From: Candidatus Poribacteria bacterium
Lineage (GTDB): Bacteria; Poribacteria; DTPJ01
Assembly (NCBI GenBank): GCA_011334435.1
Contig: DTPJ01000363.1
Coordinates: 1-24,467, forward strand
DNA length: 24,467 nt
Direction of reading: 5' to 3'
Both the position numbers and the translations under genes were made by a program. The notes beneath the pieces were generated by a model that saw only the letters and a list, made by a program, of their open reading frames with translations, searched no databases and was not told where the DNA came from. Below, piece by piece: positions 1 through 7,728 of this stretch. The first letter of the stretch is position 1, and the number at the start of each line of letters is the position of its first letter.

Positions 1-1067
1 AGTTTCAATGCAATATTCTGGGCGATTTGGCTTTTTGTAAATCCATAAGCTTGAAATTCCCCTAAAAGTGGATGTGATATTCGTCCATCAGGTTGAACGA
101 CCATATCAAAATTATACTCATTATGATCTTTAACTATCATACTCAATAAATCGCCATAATTTATTAGGAATTCTTTTTCTTCTAATTTTGGTGCTTCTTT
201 CTTTTCCTCTAACTCTTTAACTTCTTCTGCTATGGCAACTTCTTTCTCAAACGAAACGTTTACATTAGGATTGACAATATAAGGTTTTAGCAATTCCACA
301 ACTTGTTCTCTAATCATGCTGGCTGTCTTTCCAGAAACTTTGAGTTCTCCAAGAATCGGATGTATTATCTTCCCATTTTTGCCGATCTTAGACCTGTAAT
401 CATATTTGGGATTGTCTATAACGTTTAAACTGACCAAGTCTCCGGGTTTTAATATATAGTCTTCTGGGTTAGTGGAAATTGTCACTTCAGGATTTGGAAT
501 AACTTTCTTTAATTTATCCTCTATTATCTTTTTGATTTCTGATGTCTTTAATCCTCCAACTTGAATTTCACCGAAGTTTAGATAGTTTATGCGACCATCT
601 TTTTGTATTTCAACTGTTTGACTGTAATCTTCATATCCTTTCACAATAATATTAAGCATATCACCGATTTTAGCAATTGATTCCACCTTTTTAACGCTAA
701 TATCAACTTCGGGAGAACTTATATATGGCTGAATTGTATATTCTATTTTGCTTTTTAGTTGCGAAGGGGTTAATCCTTCAGCATCTAAAAATATCATTGG
801 AAGATATTGCAGTCTTCCATTATTATCTACTTTTACGGTCTTGCTAAAATCATCATATCCTTTTACAATGATAGTAACTTCATCGCCTATTCCAATTTTA
901 GTCTCTTCAATATTTTCTTCTTGCCCCTTTTTTTGATAATCGGGATTAGTCTGAGCATTGGCAGGAAATGCTTGGATTATTGTGAAAAGAATGAATGAAA
1001 TAGAGAGAAGAAAAGTTATAGACACAAGTTTAAAAATTGATTTACGTAAATTCTTATTTTTTGACAT
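1..1067 (-). CDS. Secreted polysaccharide biosynthesis/export family protein with at least 4 tandem Poly_export (Wza D1-like) domains; 5' part only, 3' end outside the window
   Basis: Manual translation gives 355 open codons from ATG at 1067 (RBS AAGGGGGA at 1080-1073) to the window edge. Signal peptide MSKNKNLRKSIFKLVSITFLLSISFILFTIIQAFPANA. Four repeats of the pattern IGxGDxLxIxV...VxxDGxIxxPxLGExxxxGxTxxEIxxxIxxxLxxYIxNPxVxVS. Confidence 0.85.
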   Translation of the reverse strand, partial: MSKNKNLRKSIFKLVSITFLLSISFILFTIIQAFPANAQTNPDYQKKGQEENIEETKIGIGDEVTIIVKGYDDFSKTVKVDNNGRLQYLPMIFLDAEGLTPSQLKSKIEYTIQPYISSPEVDISVKKVESIAKIGDMLNIIVKGYEDYSQTVEIQKDGRINYLNFGEIQVGGLKTSEIKKIIEDKLKKVIPNPEVTISTNPEDYILKPGDLVSLNVIDNPKYDYRSKIGKNGKIIHPILGELKVSGKTASMIREQVVELLKPYIVNPNVNVSFEKEVAIAEEVKELEEKKEAPKLEEKEFLINYGDLLSMIVKDHNEYNFDMVVQPDGRISHPLLGEFQAYGFTKSQIAQNIALK

Positions 1068-1160
1068 TCAAATCCCCCTTGAAATTTTATGTTATTTTCA
1101 GTTATAAAATATTGGGATAACGTTTTCTCTTGGATATTTAACATGGATATTTGACAGACA

Positions 1161-1190
1161 ATTATATCATTATAAACATTGTAATGTCAA
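1161..1190 (-). promoter_or_regulatory. Sigma70-type promoter for the Poly_export gene
   Basis: Minus-strand TTGACA (1190-1185), 18-bp spacer, TATAAT (1166-1161): a perfect consensus about 90 bp upstream of the ATG at 1067. Confidence 0.65.
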
Positions 1191-1262
1191 TAGTCTGCTT
1201 TGTTATTAACAAAACAACGACCAAATTAGCTTTTCAGTCATTTAAACAAACTCCAACATGCC

Positions 1263-1282
1263 ATTTCTGCGTAAGCAGGAAT
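1263..1282. repeat. Short GNRA-capped palindrome resembling dRS3/REP-like ATTCCC-N8-GGGAAT elements
   Basis: ATTTCTGC-GTAA-GCAGGAAT forms an 8-bp stem (one G-U pair) with a GTAA loop, flanked by GCC...CCA. Single intergenic copy. Confidence 0.4.
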
Positions 1283-1306
1283 CCATAACCAACAAGGAAA
1301 TAAAAA

Positions 1307-1873
1307 ATGAGCAAAAAAATCATTAATAATCCTTTTCGTCCAGTATTTCCTACACCTGTGGGACTCATCACAAGCATTGATGTTGACGGAAAACCTAATA
1401 TAATAACTTTGGGGGAAGTCGCTATGGTATCACTTAATCCTACCAGAGTTAGCGTTGGAATGAGACCTGCTACTTATTCTAATGGATTAGTAAAGAAATC
1501 GGGCGAATTTGTTGTGAACTTCCCAACTACTGATATTGTTGATAAGGTTGATTTTTGCGGGACTGTTTCAGGCAGAACTACCGACAAATTCAAAGAAACA
1601 GGTCTAACCCCTGAACCTGCTATTTATGTTAAACCGCCATTAATAAAGGAATGCCCTGTGAATTTGGAATGTAAGGTTATTGGAATTCTTTCTCTGGGAT
1701 CGCATGATCTTTTTATCGGCGATGTCTTAGTTATGCACGCAGAAGAGGATATAATCATTGATGAGGACAGGGGAATAATTGATCCAGCGAAGGCGAAAGG
1801 ATTAATTTTCGCTATGAATAGCTATTGGAGTTTCGGCGAAAAGATAGACGTTATCAGATTTACTAGGAAATAA
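1307..1873 (+). CDS. Flavin reductase family protein (DIM6/NTAB, COG1853-like)
   Basis: Motifs PTPVGLITS...GKPN, GEFVVNFP, ECPVNLEC, GSHDLFIG. RBS AAGGA upstream. Confidence 0.85.
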   Translation: MSKKIINNPFRPVFPTPVGLITSIDVDGKPNIITLGEVAMVSLNPTRVSVGMRPATYSNGLVKKSGEFVVNFPTTDIVDKVDFCGTVSGRTTDKFKETGLTPEPAIYVKPPLIKECPVNLECKVIGILSLGSHDLFIGDVLVMHAEEDIIIDEDRGIIDPAKAKGLIFAMNSYWSFGEKIDVIRFTRK

Positions 1874-1890
1874 CAGCGGGTGATTTTTTG

Positions 1891-2802
1891 ATGAGTTTTG
1901 AACCGAGTTATATTAAATTGTATAGGACAGGTGAACTCGCAAAACGAGTATCAAGTGCAATTGATATATTGAGAGAATGTAAGCTTTGCCCTAGGGAATG
2001 CGGAGTTAATCGGTTAGATGGCGAAAAGGGATTTTGCAGATCGGGTAGATTTGCCATGATCTCAAGTGTAGGACCTCATTTCGGCGAAGAATCACCATTA
2101 GTTGGACGTCGTGGTTCAGGGACTATATTCTTCACAAATTGCAATCTTGACTGCGTTTTTTGCCAAAATTACGATATAAGCCACTTAGGCGATGGAAGAG
2201 ATGTTGATTCTGCATACTTGGCAAATGCGATGTTGTCACTTCAAAACTACGGTTGTCATAATATTAATTTTGTCACACCAACTCATTATGCACCTCAAAT
2301 ATTGGAAGCATTGATCATCGCCATTGAAAAGGGGTTAAAGGTCCCGTTGGTCTATAACTGCGGAGGATACGAGTCGTTAGATATGATAAAATTGCTTGAT
2401 GGCATAGTTGATATATACATGCCTGATATAAAATATGGCAATAATGAGGTAGCCAAAAAATACTCAAAAGCTCCGAATTATTTTGACATTGCGAAGTCTG
2501 TCGTCACAGAAATGCACAGGCAAGTTGGCGATCTGGTTATAAATAGTCAAGGAATAGCAGAAAGAGGTCTTTTGATAAGACATCTGGTTATGCCAAATGG
2601 TATAGCTGGAACTGATAAGGTCGTTGACTTTGTGGCTAAACTATCGAAAAACACATATATTAACATTATGGCACAATATCGCCCACAATACAAAGCTAAC
2701 GATTATCCAGAGATCAATAGGCGGATCACAACAGATGAGTATATATCAGCGATATTATTGGCAGAAAAAGCAGGATTAACAAGAGGATTCCGAAATGAAT
2801 GA
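1891..2802 (+). CDS. Radical SAM protein, PflX/COG1313-like (putative activating-enzyme family); alternative start TTG at 1888
   Basis: CNLDCVFC (CxxxCxxC), N-terminal CKLCPREC...FC, HFGEESPLVG, GCHNINFVTPTH, DIYMPDIKY, RHLVMP. Confidence 0.85.
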   Translation: MSFEPSYIKLYRTGELAKRVSSAIDILRECKLCPRECGVNRLDGEKGFCRSGRFAMISSVGPHFGEESPLVGRRGSGTIFFTNCNLDCVFCQNYDISHLGDGRDVDSAYLANAMLSLQNYGCHNINFVTPTHYAPQILEALIIAIEKGLKVPLVYNCGGYESLDMIKLLDGIVDIYMPDIKYGNNEVAKKYSKAPNYFDIAKSVVTEMHRQVGDLVINSQGIAERGLLIRHLVMPNGIAGTDKVVDFVAKLSKNTYINIMAQYRPQYKANDYPEINRRITTDEYISAILLAEKAGLTRGFRNE

Positions 2803-3265
2803 TGAAAATGAGATAAAATTCATCGCTGATGAAATGCTTGGGAAATTAGCTAAGTGGCTAAGAACTATTGGTTATGATACCGTTTACTATCGCGATGGGA
2901 CAGATAGCAAACTCGTCCAACGGGCATTAGAGGAAAATAGGATAATCCTGACAAGAGACACTGAACTTGCAGAAAGGAAATTAGCCCGAAACTGCATATT
3001 CATTAAAAGCGAAAACGTTTGGGAGCAATTTAATCAAGTTGTTAATGAACTTAAATTAGATACAAAAAGTAAATTGTTGACAAGATGCCTTATATGTAAT
3101 GTCCAAATTCAATCTGTTGAGAAAGAAAGCGTAAATGGTCTTGTCCCGCCTTATACATATCAAACTCATGATGTATTTTATAGATGCCCAAGCTGTGGAA
3201 AGATATATTGGTCTGGAACGCATAAGGATAATATGATTGAGTTGATAAGTAATTTGATTAGCTGA
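2795..3265 (+). CDS. Mut7-C RNase domain protein (DUF82, PIN-like with Zn ribbon)
   Basis: FIADEMLGKLAKWLRTIGYDT, ILTRD, RCLICN...CPSCGKIYWSGTH. Overlaps the upstream stop codon. Confidence 0.88.
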   Translation: MNDENEIKFIADEMLGKLAKWLRTIGYDTVYYRDGTDSKLVQRALEENRIILTRDTELAERKLARNCIFIKSENVWEQFNQVVNELKLDTKSKLLTRCLICNVQIQSVEKESVNGLVPPYTYQTHDVFYRCPSCGKIYWSGTHKDNMIELISNLIS

Positions 3266-3272
3266 TTTTGTA

Positions 3273-3302
3273 TTGACTCTATAAAATTATATATGGTATA
3301 AT
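3273..3302 (+). promoter_or_regulatory. Strong sigma70 promoter with extended -10, driving the three-gene cassette
   Basis: TTGACT (3273-3278), 18-bp spacer, TG-g-TATAAT (3294-3302), in an AT-rich gap. Confidence 0.7.
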
Positions 3303-3369
3303 TCTTGATAAGATACAGAAAACATTTTATTTTATTAGTATTTATCTTATTTTTATTAAGGGGAATTAT

Positions 3370-4116
3370 GTGTTAAGCTTCCCACGCTACCTAAATAGCA
3401 GTTTTACAATAAATTTTGAGCGACAAATATCTATTCGTAGAAAAGATCACGACTTCGAGGATATTCTAAAAAATAAGGGTTTTTTACAACCTCAAACAAT
3501 TCAGATTCCGGATGAATTTGGTCCTGAAGTGCCTCGAATGATTTTCTATTCTTCTGACAAATCTTGTCAAATTATTATAAGTCAGATTAACATTGTGTTG
3601 AATTTGATACATCCAGATGATAGACAGGAAGATGTGAATGAATGCAAGGAGCAAATTTTATATGCAGCGCAAGTTTCTTTTGATCTGCTTAAAAAACTTG
3701 GTGAAATTAAGCCATACTTTTGCGGTTTGGTTAATACAGTCCGTTTGCATAGTAAAGAGAAAGAAAATGACGTATTAGAAATACTTACAAAATTATTATC
3801 CAAAGATAGTGGATTCAGCAGATTGCATGATATTGTTGTAAAGATTACCAATGTTGTCTCAGATCGTTTTTTCAGCAATATAACATGGAAAAACTATAGG
3901 ATATGGAAAATTCCTCAAACAACAGAACAGGATTGGCAAAGACTATCCCAAACAGAAGCTATTGAAAAAGGTATTGAAATTGTTGTTGATTTCAATGATA
4001 GATATATGTTCAATGAAAATTCTAATTATTTCTCAAGCTCAGAGATTGTGACTGAGATCGTTGAAGGAAACTTTAATGAATTAAATATGGCGATTCAAAG
4101 GTTAAAGGAATTGTAA
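3370..4116 (+). CDS. Hypothetical protein, TIGR04255-like (uncharacterised, sporadically distributed family)
   Basis: 248-aa GTG ORF with RBS AAGGGGA. The segments PDEFGPEVPRMIFYSSDKSCQIIISQ and GIEIVVDFNDR resemble TIGR04255-type proteins. Family call made by eye. Confidence 0.55.
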   Translation: MLSFPRYLNSSFTINFERQISIRRKDHDFEDILKNKGFLQPQTIQIPDEFGPEVPRMIFYSSDKSCQIIISQINIVLNLIHPDDRQEDVNECKEQILYAAQVSFDLLKKLGEIKPYFCGLVNTVRLHSKEKENDVLEILTKLLSKDSGFSRLHDIVVKITNVVSDRFFSNITWKNYRIWKIPQTTEQDWQRLSQTEAIEKGIEIVVDFNDRYMFNENSNYFSSSEIVTEIVEGNFNELNMAIQRLKEL

Positions 4117-4119
4117 AAA

Positions 4120-4632
4120 ATGATTTATTTTGACGAACAGATGGATTCTGAATCTGAATCTTTCAACAGAGTTAAATATTATTTTCCCAGCAAAACAATT
4201 GGGAATTCCAGTTCAATAATTCCAACACAAAAAGAAGTGATAAGATTTTTTCTTTATGAACCAATTGATTCTTTTACTCCAATAGATTATACTACTCAAA
4301 GTGAAGTTGAACCATCTTCTGCATTAATTGGTATGCTAAATCTTTTAATAGAAAATCAGAGGCGAGATTTATTAAATAATAATGAATTATTGCAATATAT
4401 TAACTTAATTAATGATATGATTAAAAGGAATTATCGTGGCGTCACTTTCATTGAACATAGCTTTTATAAGGATCCTGAAATTCCTAATCAAGAGCAAATA
4501 TGCTTTGAAATTCATATCACTGCTGAACCAAGTGAAATAATTGGTGACCAGAAAAAGTTTTACAAAGAATTAATAAAGTCTGTTCCTTCTGATAAACGTA
4601 AGTTCTTCACTTTCACTTACCGTGTTTCTTAA
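4120..4632 (+). CDS. Hypothetical protein, candidate antitoxin partner of the HEPN protein
   Basis: 170-aa ORF starting 3 nt after the upstream stop and ending 2 nt before the HEPN start. S/T/P-rich N-terminus; compact C-terminal alpha/beta segment with YKDPEIPNQEQICFEIHI. Confidence 0.65.
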   Translation: MIYFDEQMDSESESFNRVKYYFPSKTIGNSSSIIPTQKEVIRFFLYEPIDSFTPIDYTTQSEVEPSSALIGMLNLLIENQRRDLLNNNELLQYINLINDMIKRNYRGVTFIEHSFYKDPEIPNQEQICFEIHITAEPSEIIGDQKKFYKELIKSVPSDKRKFFTFTYRVS

Positions 4633-4634
4633 CT

Positions 4635-5045
4635 ATGCAACCTATCGAATTTTTAAATCTTGCTCACAAGTTAATAGATTCAGCCGATGAAGCCGAACTC
4701 AGGACAGCGATAAGCAGAGCATACTACTATGTTTACCATTCCATAAAAAATGATTTGGTAGGTTCTGATACTAATCTTACACATGATGTAATGATTAACT
4801 GTATCCAAGAGGCTAATATTAATGGTAACAAAGTGGCAGAATTTGAGGAATTAGGACAAACTATAAGAGATCTAAAAACTGATAGGATATTTGCTGATTA
4901 TAAAATAAATAAATCATTAAGCCAAGAAACCTGTCATACCATGATTAAGAGATGCGAGACTGCGGTAGAAGATTTTAAAGAGTGTAAGAGATTGGGAATT
5001 ATTGATGCAGCAAGAAATTATTTGAGACAATATAAATATATTTAA
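4635..5045 (+). CDS. HEPN domain protein (UPF0332/COG1895-like)
   Basis: LRTAISRAYYYVYH, a central THD, and LKTDRIFADY; 136 aa, predicted all-helical. Confidence 0.85.
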   Translation: MQPIEFLNLAHKLIDSADEAELRTAISRAYYYVYHSIKNDLVGSDTNLTHDVMINCIQEANINGNKVAEFEELGQTIRDLKTDRIFADYKINKSLSQETCHTMIKRCETAVEDFKECKRLGIIDAARNYLRQYKYI

Positions 5046-5122
5046 CCACATCTCCTCTTTACATATCCAACCTGAAAGAACATTCTAAAAATCCAAATAA
5101 TAACATAAAGTAAGGAGCAAAG

Positions 5123-6526
5123 ATGAGCCAAAAGATGAATTTCCTATTATTTATGCCTGAGCAACTTAGAGCTGATGCAGTTAGTGCAATAATAGATAAT
5201 GGAGCAAAAACACCTAATATGGAACAAATAGGTTCAGAGGGCGTTACATTCACCAACTGCTTCGTCCAACATACCGTTTGCACTCCGTCAAGATGTAGCA
5301 TGTTCACGGGTTTATATCCTCATAGCCATGCCCATAGAACATTGACATATTTGCTTAGACCTCACGAACGTAATTTGTTTCGGGAACTTAAAGAGAATGG
5401 TTATTATGTCCAATGTTTCGGTAAAAATGACATACTATCTCAGGACTCAATATCTCTTTGTTTTGATTCTGTCCAACTACGTATAAAACCAGAACATAGA
5501 GATATTAACCCATGGGACAAGGATCATAAACACTACAAATCGTTTTACTATGGTTGCAGAAAAAATACAAAGGACACTGATTGGGCGATAATTCAGAGTG
5601 CCTTAAACTTCCTTGATGACAAAAGAGATCAGCCTTTTTGCCTTTTTCTTCCGATGAGTTTTTCTCATCCACCTTATATTGTTGAAGAGCCTTATTTCTC
5701 TATGTATGATCGCTCAAAAATGCCTGAACCAATTCCCGCAAAATATGACGATAAAAGGCGATTTATGAGAATGATACACGAATCTTATGGTCTGGATAGA
5801 CTTGATGAGTTAGATTTTAGGGAGATAAAGGCGACTTATTATGGTATGACGTCTCGTATTGACGATCAACTTGGCATTTTGATAGAAAAGCTAAAATCAA
5901 TTGGACAGTATGATAATACCGCAATATTTGTATTCTCCGATCATGGCGATTATGCTGGTGATTACGGGCTGACAGAAAAATGGTGGACGGGATTTCAGGA
6001 CTGCCTAATACATACACCATTCATAGCAAAAGTCCCTGGATATAAACCAATTGGTCGTAGAGACACTTTTATAGAGATGATCGATCTTTTTCCGACAATC
6101 CTTGAGCTTGCAGGTATTGAACCAAAACATTATCATTTCGGCAAAAGCCTCATGCCTATAATAAAAGGTGAAACTTCTCATCACCGCGACTGTGTCTTCG
6201 CTGAGGGTGGACATCTTCCAGATGAAAAGCATTGTTACGAACCCTTAATTGAAGGGATATACTATGATAAAGTGCGTCTGCCTCTAAAAGACCCAAAGGT
6301 ATTCTCAAAAGCTGTCATGATAAGGAATGAGAGATATAAATATATATATTGCCCTGATGATATAGATGAATTATATGATCTGAAAACCGATCCACAAGAG
6401 ATAAATAATATCGCAAATGAATCTGGTGTTGAAGACATAAAAAGGGAACTCAGGGATCAGATCACCGCTTGGTTACTCAAAACATCTGATAGCCCGCCTT
6501 TGGAATGGGACAAACGGGGTTGGTAA
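5123..6526 (+). CDS. Cys-type formylglycine-dependent sulfatase (S1 family), no signal peptide
   Basis: VCTPSRCSMFTGLYP (CxPxR), FSDHGD, ELYDLKTDPQEINNIA. RBS AAGGAG. Confidence 0.92.
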   Translation: MSQKMNFLLFMPEQLRADAVSAIIDNGAKTPNMEQIGSEGVTFTNCFVQHTVCTPSRCSMFTGLYPHSHAHRTLTYLLRPHERNLFRELKENGYYVQCFGKNDILSQDSISLCFDSVQLRIKPEHRDINPWDKDHKHYKSFYYGCRKNTKDTDWAIIQSALNFLDDKRDQPFCLFLPMSFSHPPYIVEEPYFSMYDRSKMPEPIPAKYDDKRRFMRMIHESYGLDRLDELDFREIKATYYGMTSRIDDQLGILIEKLKSIGQYDNTAIFVFSDHGDYAGDYGLTEKWWTGFQDCLIHTPFIAKVPGYKPIGRRDTFIEMIDLFPTILELAGIEPKHYHFGKSLMPIIKGETSHHRDCVFAEGGHLPDEKHCYEPLIEGIYYDKVRLPLKDPKVFSKAVMIRNERYKYIYCPDDIDELYDLKTDPQEINNIANESGVEDIKRELRDQITAWLLKTSDSPPLEWDKRGW

Positions 6527-6593
6527 AATTTCATACTCAAAAGGCGAACTATTGCCTTAGTCACAAATACAAAGAAATTACTCATTTGGACAT

Positions 6594-7628
6594 TTATAAG
6601 AAAGATGGCACTAATAAAGCGAGGATCACCTGTGCATAAATACGATGACCGAAATCATTTGGATGATTAACACCGTTGCCAGTGAGAGAAGCATAACTTT
6701 TTCTCTTCAAAAGTTCAGTCCACATAGAAGTCATATCAGCCAAGATCACCCCATCACTGCATAAAGTCTTTAACATATCTCTATATATCGGATAAAGATC
6801 GGGGGAAGAGGCAGTCCATTCGGGATTTGCAGTCATCGTAGCAACAAGAATAAACTCCGCATTTGGATTTTTTTCTTTAACCGCTTTCATCTGCCTATAT
6901 ATATTGGTTTTGAACTGTTCAGGAGTAACCCGACCGCTAGCGTCATTCATTCCAAAGGCAATGATAACAAGGTCAGGATTTTCTTCTGCGACAACACTTA
7001 TATTTTGCAATCCCCATTCAGATGCTGTTCCGCCTACCGAATAATTTTTATATGTTATCTCTGATCCGTAATATTCCTGGAGTCCATGAACGACAAGATC
7101 GCCATAAGGAGGCATGAAAGGCTTTGCTCCTGTAAATCCAGAAGCGTTTCCTCCAGCTGAAATACTATCGCCGAATAGCACTACCTTTAATGAAAGTTTG
7201 TTTATCAGTTTGTCTTTCGTTTTTGGTAGATCATTTAAAGCAAACTCTGGTATTGGTGCTTTCCATGTCTCCTTATGCGTGTAACTAATTTCAATTTGCA
7301 TATCGTGGAAAAAATGACCTTCACCAAACAACAGATGACTTTTCCCATCACGACAAGCAGGAATTGAATTTGGCGAATTTGGAGCAGGTCTCATCTCTTC
7401 TGCTGTCTTAAATGGTATCCTTGATCCTTTGGGAAGCGATATAATTCCTTCTTGATTGATGATATAATCTTTGCCTTCATTATAAAGAATATCCCTTGAT
7501 GCACTTTTGACAGATAGAATCTTGTCAGGTATAAATAGCAGAGTATCATTAGGAAGCTCATTTTCATCCTTTTGAACAAAAAACAGACTTTCACTTTCCA
7601 TAACTTCGCTGATCCAGAATGGTTTCAT
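6594..7628 (-). CDS. SGNH/GDSL hydrolase (probable carbohydrate esterase); the ORF track start at 7694 is probably too far upstream
   Basis: Blocks LFGDSIS, SVGG, AFGMND, GVNHPND. The ATG at 7628 has an AAGAGG RBS 9 nt upstream; the ATG at 7694 lacks an SD. Confidence 0.85.
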   Translation of the reverse strand: MKPFWISEVMESESLFFVQKDENELPNDTLLFIPDKILSVKSASRDILYNEGKDYIINQEGIISLPKGSRIPFKTAEEMRPAPNSPNSIPACRDGKSHLLFGEGHFFHDMQIEISYTHKETWKAPIPEFALNDLPKTKDKLINKLSLKVVLFGDSISAGGNASGFTGAKPFMPPYGDLVVHGLQEYYGSEITYKNYSVGGTASEWGLQNISVVAEENPDLVIIAFGMNDASGRVTPEQFKTNIYRQMKAVKEKNPNAEFILVATMTANPEWTASSPDLYPIYRDMLKTLCSDGVILADMTSMWTELLKRKSYASLTGNGVNHPNDFGHRIYAQVILALLVPSFL

Positions 7629-7673
7629 ATCGTTAAACCTCTTTTCTATCTTAAAATCTACTGAAAAATTATC

Positions 7674-7719
7674 AACGCGTAACGATTTTCTCATTGTGTT
7701 TTCTTTTCCGTTACGCGTT
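7674..7719. repeat. Perfect 11-bp inverted repeat with 24-nt spacer between the rhamnosidase and SGNH genes
   Basis: AACGCGTAACG (7674-7684) and CGTTACGCGTT (7709-7719). Confidence 0.75.
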
Positions 7720-7728
7720 ATTCTTTAT

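Noticed and set aside
748-998. Two short + strand ORFs in the track
   Set aside because: Antisense shadows of the minus-strand Poly_export gene, which has an RBS, a promoter and recognisable domains.
1151-1190. TTGACA...TGTCAA dyad suggesting symmetric divergent promoters
   Set aside because: Only the minus-strand -35 has a correctly spaced -10; no TAnnnT lies 16-18 bp after the + strand TTGACA.
3368-3376. ATG-TGT-TAA mini-ORF overlapping the GTG start of the cassette
   Set aside because: Could arise by chance; the SD spacing fits the GTG better and there is no independent evidence.
4918-5062. Antisense 44-codon ORF starting near AAGAGGAG just downstream of the HEPN gene
   Set aside because: The SD abuts the ATG with no spacing and the product has no recognisable features.
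3265-5122. Target-site duplication or att sites flanking the three-gene cassette
   Set aside because: No flanking direct or inverted repeats and no integrase or transposase were found, so it is not called a mobile element.
6541-6558. AAGGC...GCCTT hairpin between the convergent sulfatase and SGNH genes
   Set aside because: Only 5 strong pairs and a short U-run; too weak to call a terminator.
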